Below, piece after piece: positions 1 through 10,005 of a DNA stretch of 37,462 bases. This DNA comes from Trichomonas gallinae (lineage: Eukaryota): NCBI GenBank assembly GCA_008369845.1, contig MRSU01002564.1:1-37462 (forward strand), in the 5' to 3' direction. Position 1 is the stretch's first letter, and the number at the start of each line of letters is the position of its first letter. The notes under the pieces are model-generated. The model worked only from the letters and a program-made list of their open reading frames with translations. It had not been told where the DNA came from and did not search any database. Both the position numbers and the translations under genes were made by a program.

Positions 1-92
1 ATTTTTTGCAAAATCTTGATCAAAATAGGTGCAAAAATGCAAAATTTTTTCCGTTGTAAAGTTTACAAAAAACGGTTAGAGCGGTCCCTTAA
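1..92. mobile_element. Right end of a putative TTAA-target DNA transposon (Kolobok-like), running off the window start
   Basis: Ends GGTTAGAGCGGTCCC|TTAA (TTAA 89-92). Related termini at 16304-16322 (GGTTAGATCGAGCTC|TTAA) and 33493-33505 (AGCGGACCC|TTAA). A YY end next to TTAA fits Kolobok termini. No transposase seen. Confidence 0.45.
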
Positions 93-1427
93 TGAATGAT
101 TAAAGTCAATACTCATAGACAGATGCTCCAAGGCATCCATCTATAGCATTACTCGTCAACCTTCTTCATTCTGGTCATGATTCTGAAGAAATGTTGATCA
201 ATAACTATTTCAATGAGCTTCATAACTCTCCGAACTCAGATACTGCATATTTAAGGAATTTAACTATGTTATTATGATATGATGATTACATTTATCAAAA
301 ATTTTATTCACTGAGCTCTCTTACAATTAAATGATAAGTAGAAGTTTTGGTAAGTCTCTGCATGATATTTTTGGATAGCACTTGAAGCATTTTGAAAATA
401 ATTTTTTTCATAAATTGGATTTGTTTATTGATATGTGTTGAATATAAATCTATTGAAATTTGCATATATGTTTGTATATTTAATTATCTTTAACAAAATT
501 TCAAAAAAAAAAATAGAACAAATAAATTGTTTGTTTTAGATAATTTTGATGCTATAGTTCCGTATGCTACAAATATGCGTTATTCTCGGCATTCCTTGCT
601 TTAATCTGTTACTTATTAATGTAATGTTTAAAAAAAATTGAGAGAAATTTTTGGTAAATTCCAGTCGTAAAATATCATTTCTGAACACAATCAATTACGT
701 CATTTAATTCACTACGGTTGTTTATCATCATATATAACATTTTTATCACATTTTTAACCTAATTAATTCGAAAAATCAATTAATTAGAACTAGATACCGT
801 TTATTAATTGTAAATATTAATATATTCTTTGTCAATTTGATAGTGTTAAGTAATAAATCGTTGTTTGCTGTAAAATAATTTTTGCTTGAATCAAATTACG
901 TTTTAATACAAAATCCGATTGAACAAATGATAATATATAGGATGATGAATCACATATTTGATTACCGGAATATGGTTATGTGACAATTAAAGATCAATTT
1001 TCTTTGACTTTCATAAAATACAAAATAAATTTAATTTTCTGCATCACTCCTATTAATAATAAAGAATTCTCTTTAAAAAATTTACACTTTTTTTGACTAT
1101 ATTTAAAATACTCTATATTTTAATAATCATCAATCAAATTTAACAATAATCGGATATTTTTAAAAAGTGGAATTGTTAAAAAAAATTGACAAAGCTGATC
1201 CAAAAAAATTTAAAAATTTAAAATAACTTGTTTTGTATATAATATGGAAAAATCGAGTTCGTTGTAAACTTAACAAAATAAGTGAACAGAGTTGTACAAA
1301 AATTCAATTGAAAAAGGACTTTTACAGGTTTCATTTATTTTCGTTGAAAAACGCTTATTCTATTGAAATCAGGTTGTTTTTAAAATTATACCAAAAAACT
1401 GAATTAAAATTTTGTAAAAAAATTTGT

Positions 1428-4400
1428 ATGTCGCACCGAATAGACCTTGTGCTGCCTAACGGGCGACTATTCTTCCTGCCCGTGGACCAGGACTTGAAGG
1501 GTTCTAGCGTTATAGAGTTTTTGAGCAATTTTGAGCTGTCTAACTACGTTATTTGCAGAGAAGTCGCGTATACAGACAGATACGATGTGCTTTACTCGTG
1601 TGATACAGAAAAAGTCAAACTATCAGAGGGCATAGAACAGGATTTCGCTGAGAGTTTGCTTTCATCTATCTTCATCTACGACAAAAGTTCTCCATCTGTG
1701 TACCAGAGGATGGCTTTGTTCGTATTCGATATGGAAGAGTTCATAGAACGGAATTCGATACTAGAAGCCGCCATTCCTTTAAGCAGTATCACTAGAAAAC
1801 ACCCGAAAGTTACTTTATTGATCCAACTTCCTACGAATTTGGTCATAACAATCGAGACAAAAATCACAAGATCGATCTCTTCGATCCAAAAAGCCGCTTA
1901 TGAGCAGCTTCTAGAACTCTACGGAGAAGATAATGTTAGAAACCCGAAAGGATATAGACTAGGAACGATGAAAGGCGAATATCCAAAACGAAAAATAGCT
2001 ATAAATGAGTCCCCAGAAATGATGCAAGCGATAAAACTGCAGCAACAAGATCTAACGAAACCTCAATTTGTTCTGATGCAAGTTAGCAAAGAAACGGAGT
2101 TCCTCATGACTTCTAAGACATATACAAAAGACTTAGAGCTGAAAGATATCATCACAACACCTGAAGTTCTTTGTTTCAATTCTACATTCTCTGAATTGCG
2201 TCAAAGTGTTGAAAAAGCTCGTACAGATCGCTTAACAGCCCATCCTTTACTTGCTCGTATGCGTCTTAACGATACAAATCCACCATTAACGACTTGTAAA
2301 AAGAATAATGTGCCAAGCAAGGTTGATATTCGCTATGTTGCACTTTCCGATGATGCAACAGCCATTTCACTTGCGATTGCCTTCGAAACAACAGCAGCTC
2401 AAGCGATTCGCGATTTATTTACAAAAATGATCGAACATCAAGGCATAGGACAAGATCTTGATCCAAATAACTACGCCTTAACACTCCAAGGCACAGATGA
2501 AGTCGTTGCGGGCGAAATTCCGATTTCACATTTCGTATGCGTTCGTCAATTCCTTCTTTCTGTCACACCATTCATGAACTTTTTACTTGTAGACAAGAAT
2601 AAGCTCATAGAACAAATCAGAGAAAAAGAATTAAGTTATACAGCTTTACCAGAACCAGAAAAAGAGCATTTATATCGACCAATTTACTTGAAAGAATCCG
2701 CAAAGCCGTCTCTCGATATGATGGGAGGATTTCCACATTGTATGGCGAAAGAAGGATTTTCTATTTTCGTTGGCGGCTGTTTCAATATTCCTGAGAACCT
2801 TCAAGCGAATATATACATCATAAGATGCTGCATTTTGCACGGATCTAACGAAATTAGCGCTCCCGTTCTAACACATCCAGCATTAGGAGGAACAAGCGTC
2901 GCCTGGAACGAAACACTCAACGTCAGCCTTCAAATCATGCAGCTGCCACGTGCCGCAAGACTGGCAATGACATTATACAACTACGAGAAGATCGGAACAA
3001 AAGGTTCTGCAATTGCAACAATAAATATCCCAGTCTTTAACTTCGACGGCTGGTTCAACTCAGGCGTCAGCTTCAGATCAATGTGGAATGGAAAAGACAC
3101 AGATCCGCTGCTAACAACTTGCCAGTGCGAAGATGAAGAAGCGACAAGAATTTTGTTCTGCATTCCTCAATACTTTTATCCTATTTCGCATTCGAACGGC
3201 TCCTGGAACCAGATGAGGCCTGTCTCAGCCAGTGTCAGAGTCAACGCGCAGCAGAAAGTCGGCATAGAGAATTTGAAGAAGAAAACATTCGACCCACTCA
3301 AGAAACTTTCACCAGAAGATAAAACCTCGTTGTACAAATACAGAAACGATCTCACAGACACAGCAGCGTTATTACCTCTTGTTCTGTCGTCCATTGATTA
3401 CACAGTGCCAACTCAAGTCAACGAGATTCCGTTCCTGCTGCAGAAGTGGAAGAAGCCGAATCCAGCAGAAGCCATTATACTGCTGGACTCCGAATTCGCG
3501 GACATGAGAGTCAGATCTTTCGCTGTCGAGTGTTTGGAGCCGCTGACTGACGACGAGATCATGCTTTACATGCTTCAGTTAGTTCAAGCTTTGAAGTTCG
3601 AGATTTACGATGACTCTCCGCTCTGCAGGTTCTTGTTCAGGAGAGGATTGTATGAGCCGAAGTTTCTTGGTCACCAGCTTTTCTGGCAGTTGATATCTGA
3701 GGCCCACATTTCGCACATCAGGCGCAGATTTTCTTCTTTCGTCGTCAACTTTTTGTACGGAAGCGGAATCTACAGGGATGAACTCCTCAAAGGCTACAAG
3801 TTCACTCAAGATCTCGTCAGACTCAACCAGAGACTGTGCAAACTCTCTCACGCTGAAGCAACGGGGCCATTCAGAGAAGCCCTCAAGAGCATCGACCTTC
3901 CAAACGAATTCCATCTGCCCATGGACCCAAGACTTGTCGTCGACTCCTTCATCGTCGATAAATGCAAAGTCATGAACTCCAAAAAGAAGCCATTCTGGCT
4001 CACTTTCCACAACGCCGCTCCTTTCTCTTCTGAGCCAATAAGAGTTTTGTTCAAAGTCGGCGACGACTTGAGACAAGATCAATTGACATTACAAGTCATG
4101 AGAGTCATGGAGTATCTTTGGAGAAAGGAGGGAATAGACTTGCACATGAGGTGCTATAGCGTCCTTCCTACTGGCTTCAACCAGGGCTTCATAGAAGTCG
4201 TCCCCAATGCAATTACAGAACAAGCACTGCAGCAAGAGAAAGGCACTTTTGCTGGCGTCTGGGATACGAATACTATCACAGACTATCTATGGAAAGTCAA
4301 CACAACTGAGCAGAACCAGAAACTCGCGAGAAAGAACTTCATGTTCTCGTCAGCCGGTTATGCTGTCGCCACTTGCGTTTTAGGCATTGCAGACAGACAT

Positions 4401-4832
4401 CCAGGAAATATCATGCTGCAGACTGATGGCCACTTTTTGCACATCGACTTTGGCCACTTCTTGGGCAACTTCAAGACCAAACTTGGATACCAGAGAGAAA
4501 ACGCGCCGTTCCACTTCAGTCCTGCTTGTGCTAAAGTCCTTGGTGATATTGATGGCGACATGTTCCTGGAGTTCAGGTCATTATGTGGACTAGCGCTGAA
4601 TATTTTGAGGAAGAATTCTAAATTACTTGTCACTTTATTGACTTTGATGCTTGGAACAGGAATCCCTGAGCTTCAGCAGGCTGAGGATATCAGATATATG
4701 ACGGACATGCTCTTCTTGGATAAGACTGAGTCTGAAGCCAAATTGGAATTCGATAAACTCATCAATTGGTCTCTCGACTCCACAAGAACAAAGCTTAATA
4801 ACTTGTTCCATAATATTGCCGTTTCTGACTAA
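1428..4832 (+). CDS. Phosphatidylinositol 3-kinase catalytic subunit, class I-like (Ras-binding-like, C2, helical PIK and kinase domains)
   Basis: Motifs MNSKKKPFWL, FKVGDDLRQDQL, LGIADRHPGNIM, HIDFGHFLG; helical domain LLQKW...VRSFAV...LQLVQALKFE; C2 segment WNETL...LPRAARL. Start moved from TTG 1233 (AT-rich, non-coding-like) to ATG 1428 (MSHRID). Confidence 0.95.
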   Translation: MSHRIDLVLPNGRLFFLPVDQDLKGSSVIEFLSNFELSNYVICREVAYTDRYDVLYSCDTEKVKLSEGIEQDFAESLLSSIFIYDKSSPSVYQRMALFVFDMEEFIERNSILEAAIPLSSITRKHPKVTLLIQLPTNLVITIETKITRSISSIQKAAYEQLLELYGEDNVRNPKGYRLGTMKGEYPKRKIAINESPEMMQAIKLQQQDLTKPQFVLMQVSKETEFLMTSKTYTKDLELKDIITTPEVLCFNSTFSELRQSVEKARTDRLTAHPLLARMRLNDTNPPLTTCKKNNVPSKVDIRYVALSDDATAISLAIAFETTAAQAIRDLFTKMIEHQGIGQDLDPNNYALTLQGTDEVVAGEIPISHFVCVRQFLLSVTPFMNFLLVDKNKLIEQIREKELSYTALPEPEKEHLYRPIYLKESAKPSLDMMGGFPHCMAKEGFSIFVGGCFNIPENLQANIYIIRCCILHGSNEISAPVLTHPALGGTSVAWNETLNVSLQIMQLPRAARLAMTLYNYEKIGTKGSAIATINIPVFNFDGWFNSGVSFRSMWNGKDTDPLLTTCQCEDEEATRILFCIPQYFYPISHSNGSWNQMRPVSASVRVNAQQKVGIENLKKKTFDPLKKLSPEDKTSLYKYRNDLTDTAALLPLVLSSIDYTVPTQVNEIPFLLQKWKKPNPAEAIILLDSEFADMRVRSFAVECLEPLTDDEIMLYMLQLVQALKFEIYDDSPLCRFLFRRGLYEPKFLGHQLFWQLISEAHISHIRRRFSSFVVNFLYGSGIYRDELLKGYKFTQDLVRLNQRLCKLSHAEATGPFREALKSIDLPNEFHLPMDPRLVVDSFIVDKCKVMNSKKKPFWLTFHNAAPFSSEPIRVLFKVGDDLRQDQLTLQVMRVMEYLWRKEGIDLHMRCYSVLPTGFNQGFIEVVPNAITEQALQQEKGTFAGVWDTNTITDYLWKVNTTEQNQKLARKNFMFSSAGYAVATCVLGIADRHPGNIMLQTDGHFLHIDFGHFLGNFKTKLGYQRENAPFHFSPACAKVLGDIDGDMFLEFRSLCGLALNILRKNSKLLVTLLTLMLGTGIPELQQAEDIRYMTDMLFLDKTESEAKLEFDKLINWSLDSTRTKLNNLFHNIAVSD

Positions 4833-5142
4833 AATCTTTCATTTTGTTTCTCAAAAATTATCAAAATATTTTTATTATTTAATAAATACTCCATCAATCA
4901 AGCCTTAACTCCAATATAATACATACAGAATACATAATATAAGTTCAAATCAGAAAATATTTTGATAAATTAAATTTGTTAATGATTTCATTGAATAATA
5001 TAGTTATCTTATATAAAAACTATATGTATAAAGCTTATTTTGAATGTTAATAACTTTTAAAAATGAATTTCGAATTTCGATAGATTTATAAAAAACATTT
5101 AAATACAATAAAAGACGCGAAATAGGTGTATATATGGTCTCA

Positions 5143-5646
5143 CTATTCAGCATAGTCTTCATTTTCGATTTGATCATCTCCATGTCTTTCTTGATCTTCT
5201 AGATGCATTTTCTCGAAGTCAACATCTCTAACATTGAGATCTGATTCGTAACATGCAAGTCTTTCGCTGCCTTCTCTAAATATCACTCTTAAAGTATATT
5301 CACCGAGAGGAATTGTCTGTGAAAGCGGTATTTGTACACCATATACAACCTGTGAGAAAGAAGCAGGACAAATTAAAACACCAGGTCTACAAAGCGGATC
5401 CAAAATTCGAACGAAAGGTATTCTTCCGTTTGCAATCTGTACTTCTAAATACGGTTCTTCGACTTTATGGTTAAGTTCAGCGACAATTCTGATGATAATT
5501 GAAATTCCTCGAGCATCTCCTGGATGCTGCACTTCAAATTTCTTCATTGTAAAGTATTGTTTGTTCTGTTTCGGGCATTGCTTATATTTCGTATTCGCTT
5601 TAGGTCCATAGCCTTTCAATGCAAGCAAAAAAAGAAGCGAAATCAT
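5143..5646 (-). CDS. ML (MD-2/NPC2-like) lipid-recognition domain protein, secreted or lysosomal
   Basis: Signal-like MISLLFLLAL; ML pattern C...DPLC..GVLICP...IPL...IPLGEYTLRV...ERLACYE; acidic tail. Start at the ATG at 5646, because the longer start lies inside the promoter repeat. Confidence 0.8.
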   Translation of the reverse strand: MISLLFLLALKGYGPKANTKYKQCPKQNKQYFTMKKFEVQHPGDARGISIIIRIVAELNHKVEEPYLEVQIANGRIPFVRILDPLCRPGVLICPASFSQVVYGVQIPLSQTIPLGEYTLRVIFREGSERLACYESDLNVRDVDFEKMHLEDQERHGDDQIENEDYAE

Positions 5647-5659
5647 TATATCTGATTTT

Positions 5660-5975
5660 GATTTGTAAAAATATTTACATGGCATATTTTTAACGATTTG
5701 TTTATAAAATTGGCATGTAAAATAATTTATTTAACATAATTTATTTTGATTTGTAAATATATTTTACTTGGCAAAATTATTGAATTTTTTAATAAATTGG
5801 CATGTAAAAAATTTATTTGACAATATGATAAATTCTATGAAAATGATTTGTAAATTTATTTATGTGGCATTTTTATGTGAATAATTTGAATGATTGACGC
5901 GTAAACTATTTTACATGGCACATTATCGATATTTTTGTTTTGTAAATTTGTTTATGTGGTAATTTTATAAAATTT
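5660..5975. repeat. Degenerate tandem repeat (about 88-97 bp, about 3.5 units) filling the bidirectional promoter
   Basis: Units begin G(A/T)TTTGTAAA at 5660, 5748, 5845 and 5937. Each carries TTTA(C/T)NTGG(C/T)A; the full units also carry TG(G/A)C(A/G)(T/C)GTAAA. Confidence 0.75.
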
Positions 5976-5999
5976 TGTCACTTTTTTGAACTCCTTTCT

Positions 6000-6005
6000 T
6001 CACTT
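6000..6005 (+). promoter_or_regulatory. Trichomonad initiator (Inr) TCACTT
   Basis: Ends 6 nt upstream of ATG 6012; a second TCACTT at 5978. Matches the T. vaginalis TCA(Y)(T/A) Inr consensus. Confidence 0.7.
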
Positions 6006-6011
6006 TCGAAA

Positions 6012-7292
6012 ATGTTTGCGATTTTTTCTCTTTTGTTGGTTAGCGACACGTCATATGACTTGACGCAGCCGTTTAAGATGACAGGCCTAACAGATATTGG
6101 TGATTGGTCTGTTGTTGGCGCTGCAGCAACAATTAAGAAATATATTCGCTTAACAAGTGCTGTAACTGATTCTGTTGGCGGTCTATGCCATAGGAAACCG
6201 ACACAGTTCGAAAATTGGACCGTAGATTTCGATTTAAGAGCATTCCATGGAAATGGTGGTGCTGGAATCAATTTCACTTTCACAAAGCAGTTCTGTCCAA
6301 CAAACAACGAAGATACAGACGGTTTCACGCTATATATTAACACAACAACACGTTATTCGTTATCGAACATTTATTTATACGAAGGAAATCGCTCAAATCC
6401 AAAGAAATATACACCAAATCTCAATCTTGAACCAGAACATATCGGAAGTTTCGATGTAAGAGGCGAAGAACCAATAAAAATCAGAATCACACGAGAAGGT
6501 CCTCATATTAGCATTAAATTCATCAGAGGTTTCTATATTACTAACTTCGAAAAAGAGCTTGTTGGTCTTCCAACGACTGGATACTTCTCTATTAATGCAT
6601 TTACAACAAATTGGGCAGATGACAATGATATCTTAGAATTCAGAGTCACCCCATTATCAGAAATCAACCCTGTTGATGTAGCAAACATCAGCAAAATAAA
6701 TAAAGCAATTTTAGATTTAAGTAAGCAATCTCGTAGAGTTAGAAAGCTCGCACGCAAATTCCAGATGATTATGACAAGCAAGTATATCAGAAACCGCCGC
6801 TTAAATGAAGAAACACTTACAGGATTTAAACAAGAATTCAACGATGTCGTCCATATCATTCGTGAGCTTACAAACCGCGCTAGAGAGACTGTTCAAGAGG
6901 AAGATCTCAAGGAATTCATCTTAAATGACGTTGAAACAACACTTTCAAAAGCAGCATCAAAAATCGCTTTGCAAATGGATAGATTCAAGGAGACAGAGTT
7001 CGATATGAACGATATTTGGGGTACTCTCAAAGGAAATCTTCGCGATTTGGCAATGGAATCACAAATGGAAATGAAAAGCTTAGGAGAAGATGCAATACAG
7101 CTTGCCAAAAAGATATTAAACGAAGAGTTCATTCCAAATGAGCAAGCAGCTGAACTTGCTGATGAAATTCCAAACGAAAATTCAATTATTCCATTGATTC
7201 TCATCTTATTCTGTATCTGTGAATTTATTGTATATATTATGTGGTTTAATCACAAACGTGTCCGCACTTCTAACTTCAAGAAGTTCGACTAA
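6012..7292 (+). CDS. L-type (legume-like) lectin cargo receptor, ERGIC-53/VIP36 family
   Basis: Signal peptide; W.VVG.A...YIRLT; NWTVDFDLR..G.GGAG; GYFSI.A.T..ADDND; coiled-coil stalk; TM IIPLILILFCICEFIVYIMWF; C-terminal KKFD dilysine motif. Confidence 0.88.
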   Translation: MFAIFSLLLVSDTSYDLTQPFKMTGLTDIGDWSVVGAAATIKKYIRLTSAVTDSVGGLCHRKPTQFENWTVDFDLRAFHGNGGAGINFTFTKQFCPTNNEDTDGFTLYINTTTRYSLSNIYLYEGNRSNPKKYTPNLNLEPEHIGSFDVRGEEPIKIRITREGPHISIKFIRGFYITNFEKELVGLPTTGYFSINAFTTNWADDNDILEFRVTPLSEINPVDVANISKINKAILDLSKQSRRVRKLARKFQMIMTSKYIRNRRLNEETLTGFKQEFNDVVHIIRELTNRARETVQEEDLKEFILNDVETTLSKAASKIALQMDRFKETEFDMNDIWGTLKGNLRDLAMESQMEMKSLGEDAIQLAKKILNEEFIPNEQAAELADEIPNENSIIPLILILFCICEFIVYIMWFNHKRVRTSNFKKFD

Positions 7293-7940
7293 TAGATTAG
7301 ATAAATCTTTCATAAAAATACATCGTTTATTTAGTTGTATGATCATGTTTAGTGATAAGAAATTGTTATATCAATGAAATAACTTAATATCAATTCTATG
7401 AATATTGTCTTGGACAATAATTTGTAAGGAAAATGAATATTATAGGTCTATCAGAAGTAAATTTGTAAGAATCATTTAATAATTTAATCTTTTAATAGCT
7501 GGATGATGAAATATGATTTGCAATTTCTGATTTAGTACTAGAATATCTTGCTTTTGTTGGATAAATATTAAGCCTTGGTGTTGTTAAGCATTGTGATTAA
7601 GTTAATAACTCCTAAATAATCAAGATTTATAAAGTCTTCTAAAGAATTCTAAAAAAATCAGTAGAATAATTGTCAATTTTTCGAACTATTTTTTGAATTT
7701 TTCTAAATTTTTAGGAATAATTTCTCAAAATTGGCATAAATTGGAGAATTACCACAAAAATAAAACATACATCATAATACATTATGGAATTGGCATCATA
7801 TCATCTTATCAGAATTTGATTACATCTAATAAATAAAATTTGTTTTTATCAAATTAATGTTTTAGATAATAATTTTCGATTGAATTGAAATAGATTCGAA
7901 ATTGATGATCTATGGTTCATTTACCTTCATTTCTTTATCA

Positions 7941-8162
7941 ATGAACTACATCTATGTGAGTTCAAGTAGTTCACAAGATTCATCTCAACATTTGGCCAAA
8001 AAAGATGAACCTAAGACTGAAGAAGGAACCAACAACGAGATTGTTCATGATTTTAAACAAATGTTCGAATATTGTGATCTTTCGACACCAGAATTCAACG
8101 CCAAAATTGACTACATAACATCACAAGTTCCAGCATACTTTGCGAAATTGGAAAAAAGTTGA
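7941..8162 (+). CDS. Small hypothetical protein (73 aa)
   Basis: Inr-like TCATTT at 7927 before ATG 7941; protein-like composition (MNYIYVSSSS...); no recognised domain. Confidence 0.55.
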   Translation: MNYIYVSSSSSQDSSQHLAKKDEPKTEEGTNNEIVHDFKQMFEYCDLSTPEFNAKIDYITSQVPAYFAKLEKS

Positions 8163-8485
8163 TGTAATAACGATTTAATTACAAGTTGAATATTTCGATT
8201 TCAAAAATATACTTAGAAAGCAACAAACATTTTACTAACTACGCAGTTCTGTAACTAAACTGCTAGGAAAATTGTACTCTTTATAAATCAAATATCAAAG
8301 GATATTTGTATTACGCGAATTTTCAAGTCAATAACTGTGAGATGATGCAGGAAAGCATCCAAGATGCTTACACGATGAAATAACGCTAAAATATAATTTT
8401 TTCGTAAATCGTCGATTTTCTTTTTTTGAGTATCGAAATAGGTATTATTTGATCGAGATTATGATTTTTTGCCAAGGGTTGGAGG

Positions 8486-8845
8486 TTATACGACTTCATT
8501 AAATAGAGGTTTCACATGATTATTACAAAATGGTTCTATAGCTCTAATATTTTCATCGAACCACTTTACTAGGACGCTTTTTCTCCTTTGTGCAGCTCGA
8601 TCAAGAGGTATATCTAAATAACAAGAAATTAACTTTGCTAAACACAAAGCATCTGTAAGGGCATAGCCAGAACCTAAAAATCTATTCAGAAATTGGTGCC
8701 CAAGACTTGTATCTAATACCCATCCTCCCATTCGAAGCGAATTTAAGTGATGTTCCTTTTCCAATTGCATCTTGGAGGCGGATAGTTCGAATATATCTGA
8801 TGTAATTTCTTTATCTTCGTTCTTCTTTTCTTCTTTGTTAGTCAA
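8486..8845 (-). CDS. Small trichomonad-type hypothetical protein (LDR.A.RRK..L.KWFDEN family); start uncertain (TTG 8845 or ATG 8770)
   Basis: Motif LAKLIS..LDIPLDRAAQRRKSVLVKWFDEN resembles an expanded parabasalid small-protein family (from recall). First ATG at 8770 (MQLEK). Confidence 0.75.
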   Translation of the reverse strand: MTNKEEKKNEDKEITSDIFELSASKMQLEKEHHLNSLRMGGWVLDTSLGHQFLNRFLGSGYALTDALCLAKLISCYLDIPLDRAAQRRKSVLVKWFDENIRAIEPFCNNHVKPLFNEVV

Positions 8846-8864
8846 GGTAAATTATTTCACAAAA

Positions 8865-9340
8865 TGACACGTAAATTTTATTTTGCCATGTAAATATTCT
8901 TTTATTTGACAAAAAATAATCAAAATAATTAATGATCTAGGAAAATTTTCTCAGATTTAGATATATAATAGCAAGTAAATACTAAATATTTAATTAATAA
9001 GCAAAAATGTATGTAAAGATTAAAATATGACAAGTAAATTTATATTTGTCAAGTAAATTTCATTTGTCCGACAAATTTTGGTCGAGTAGGATTTTTGCAA
9101 ATTTAGAGATAAAACTCATAATACTAATAAATCAAAAAGAATTAGTATTATTTGAGAGAATTTTTCGGTTTAATGTGTCACGTAAACCATAAATTGTCAA
9201 GTAAATCACACTTAACTGACACTTAATGGTCGAGTAAGATTTTTGGTTATTTATATAAAGAATAATAACAAATGCTAAATATTTAATAATCACGAAAAAT
9301 TTTTGTAAAGTTCAATAATTGAGAGCATTTTTCGGCTTGA
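8865..9340. repeat. Three degenerate direct repeats (about 148-165 bp) in the divergent promoter upstream of RPS16
   Basis: Paired TGNCANGTAAA at 8865/8884, 9028/9047 and 9176/9195; GGTCGAGTA(G/A)GATTTTTG at 9080 and 9228; TGAGAG(A/C)ATTTTTCGG at about 9153 and 9320. Confidence 0.75.
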
Positions 9341-9342
9341 CA

Positions 9343-9354
9343 GGTCCGTCCTTT
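9343..9354 (+). promoter_or_regulatory. M5 (CCTTT) core promoter element with extended GGTCCGTCCTTT context
   Basis: CCTTT ends 2 nt upstream of the RPS16 ATG. M5 is the known alternative initiator of T. vaginalis ribosomal-protein genes. Confidence 0.7.
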
Positions 9355-9356
9355 CT

Positions 9357-9779
9357 ATGAAGAGTGTTCAAGTATTTGGCCGCAAGAAGACAGCTACAGC
9401 TGTTGCCTACTGCTGCGAGGGTTCTGGCCTCGTTAAGCTCAACGGCACACCAATCAACATGGTTTCCTCCGAAACACTTCGTGCCAAGATCCTCGAGCCA
9501 CTCCAATTAATCGGTGAGGAGTTCTGGGCTAACCTCGACATCCGCGTTCGCGTCCACGGTGGTGGCCACGTTGCTCAAGTCTACGCTATCCGCCAGGCTG
9601 TTGCTAAGGCCATCGTTGCTTACTATCAGAAGTATGTCGACGAGGCTACAAAGACAGACCTCAAGAATACACTCCTCTCCTACGACCGTACACTCCTTGT
9701 TGCTGATCCACGTCGTATGGAACCAAAGAAGTTCGGTGGCCAAGGCGCTCGTGTCCGCAGACAGATGTCATACCGTTAA
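9357..9779 (+). CDS. RPS16: 40S ribosomal protein S16 (uS9)
   Basis: [53 protein letters not shown]; strongly biased codons. Confidence 0.99.
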   Translation: MKSVQVFGRKKTATAVAYCCEGSGLVKLNGTPINMVSSETLRAKILEPLQLIGEEFWANLDIRVRVHGGGHVAQVYAIRQAVAKAIVAYYQKYVDEATKTDLKNTLLSYDRTLLVADPRRMEPKKFGGQGARVRRQMSYR

Positions 9780-10005
9780 TTTTAAAGCTGAATATTTATA
9801 CAATCGATCCTTTTTCGCAAATCTTCAATCCAAATTAATTTTATTTTTGACATTTTCAAAAATCAATTCTTTAGGCATTTTCACTTTCTATATCTTTTAT
9901 AATCCTATTACACTATCAATCTATCACATGCTTGATTGTTTTTAATGAATATCAGTTTTTGATAGAAAAATCTTTTGAATTTGCAAGAAAATATATAACA
10001 AAGAT

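Noticed and set aside
1233..1427. TTG-initiated N-terminal extension of PI3K in the ORF track
   Set aside because: AT-rich, K/F/L/I-biased, intergenic-like composition; coding character begins at ATG 1428.
3579..4082. Antisense and alternate-frame ORFs inside PI3K, RPS16, NOC3, the 29813 gene and the surface protein (e.g. 9514-9945, 12614-13231, 30489-31016, 33891-34379)
   Set aside because: Shadow ORFs caused by codon bias of the real genes; no motifs or promoter signals.
7503..7529. C box (ATGATGA) and D box (CTGA) pair
   Set aside because: Far too short for a C/D snoRNA and no terminal stem.
8158..8246. Branch/3' splice-like ACTAACTACGCAG at 8234-8246
   Set aside because: No good 5' splice site, and splicing from 8158 would add only two codons before a stop.
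8353..8369. AAGCATC-CAA-GATGCTT hairpin, and a similar GATGC/GCATC pair at 122-137
   Set aside because: Short isolated stems, within chance expectation for 37 kb.
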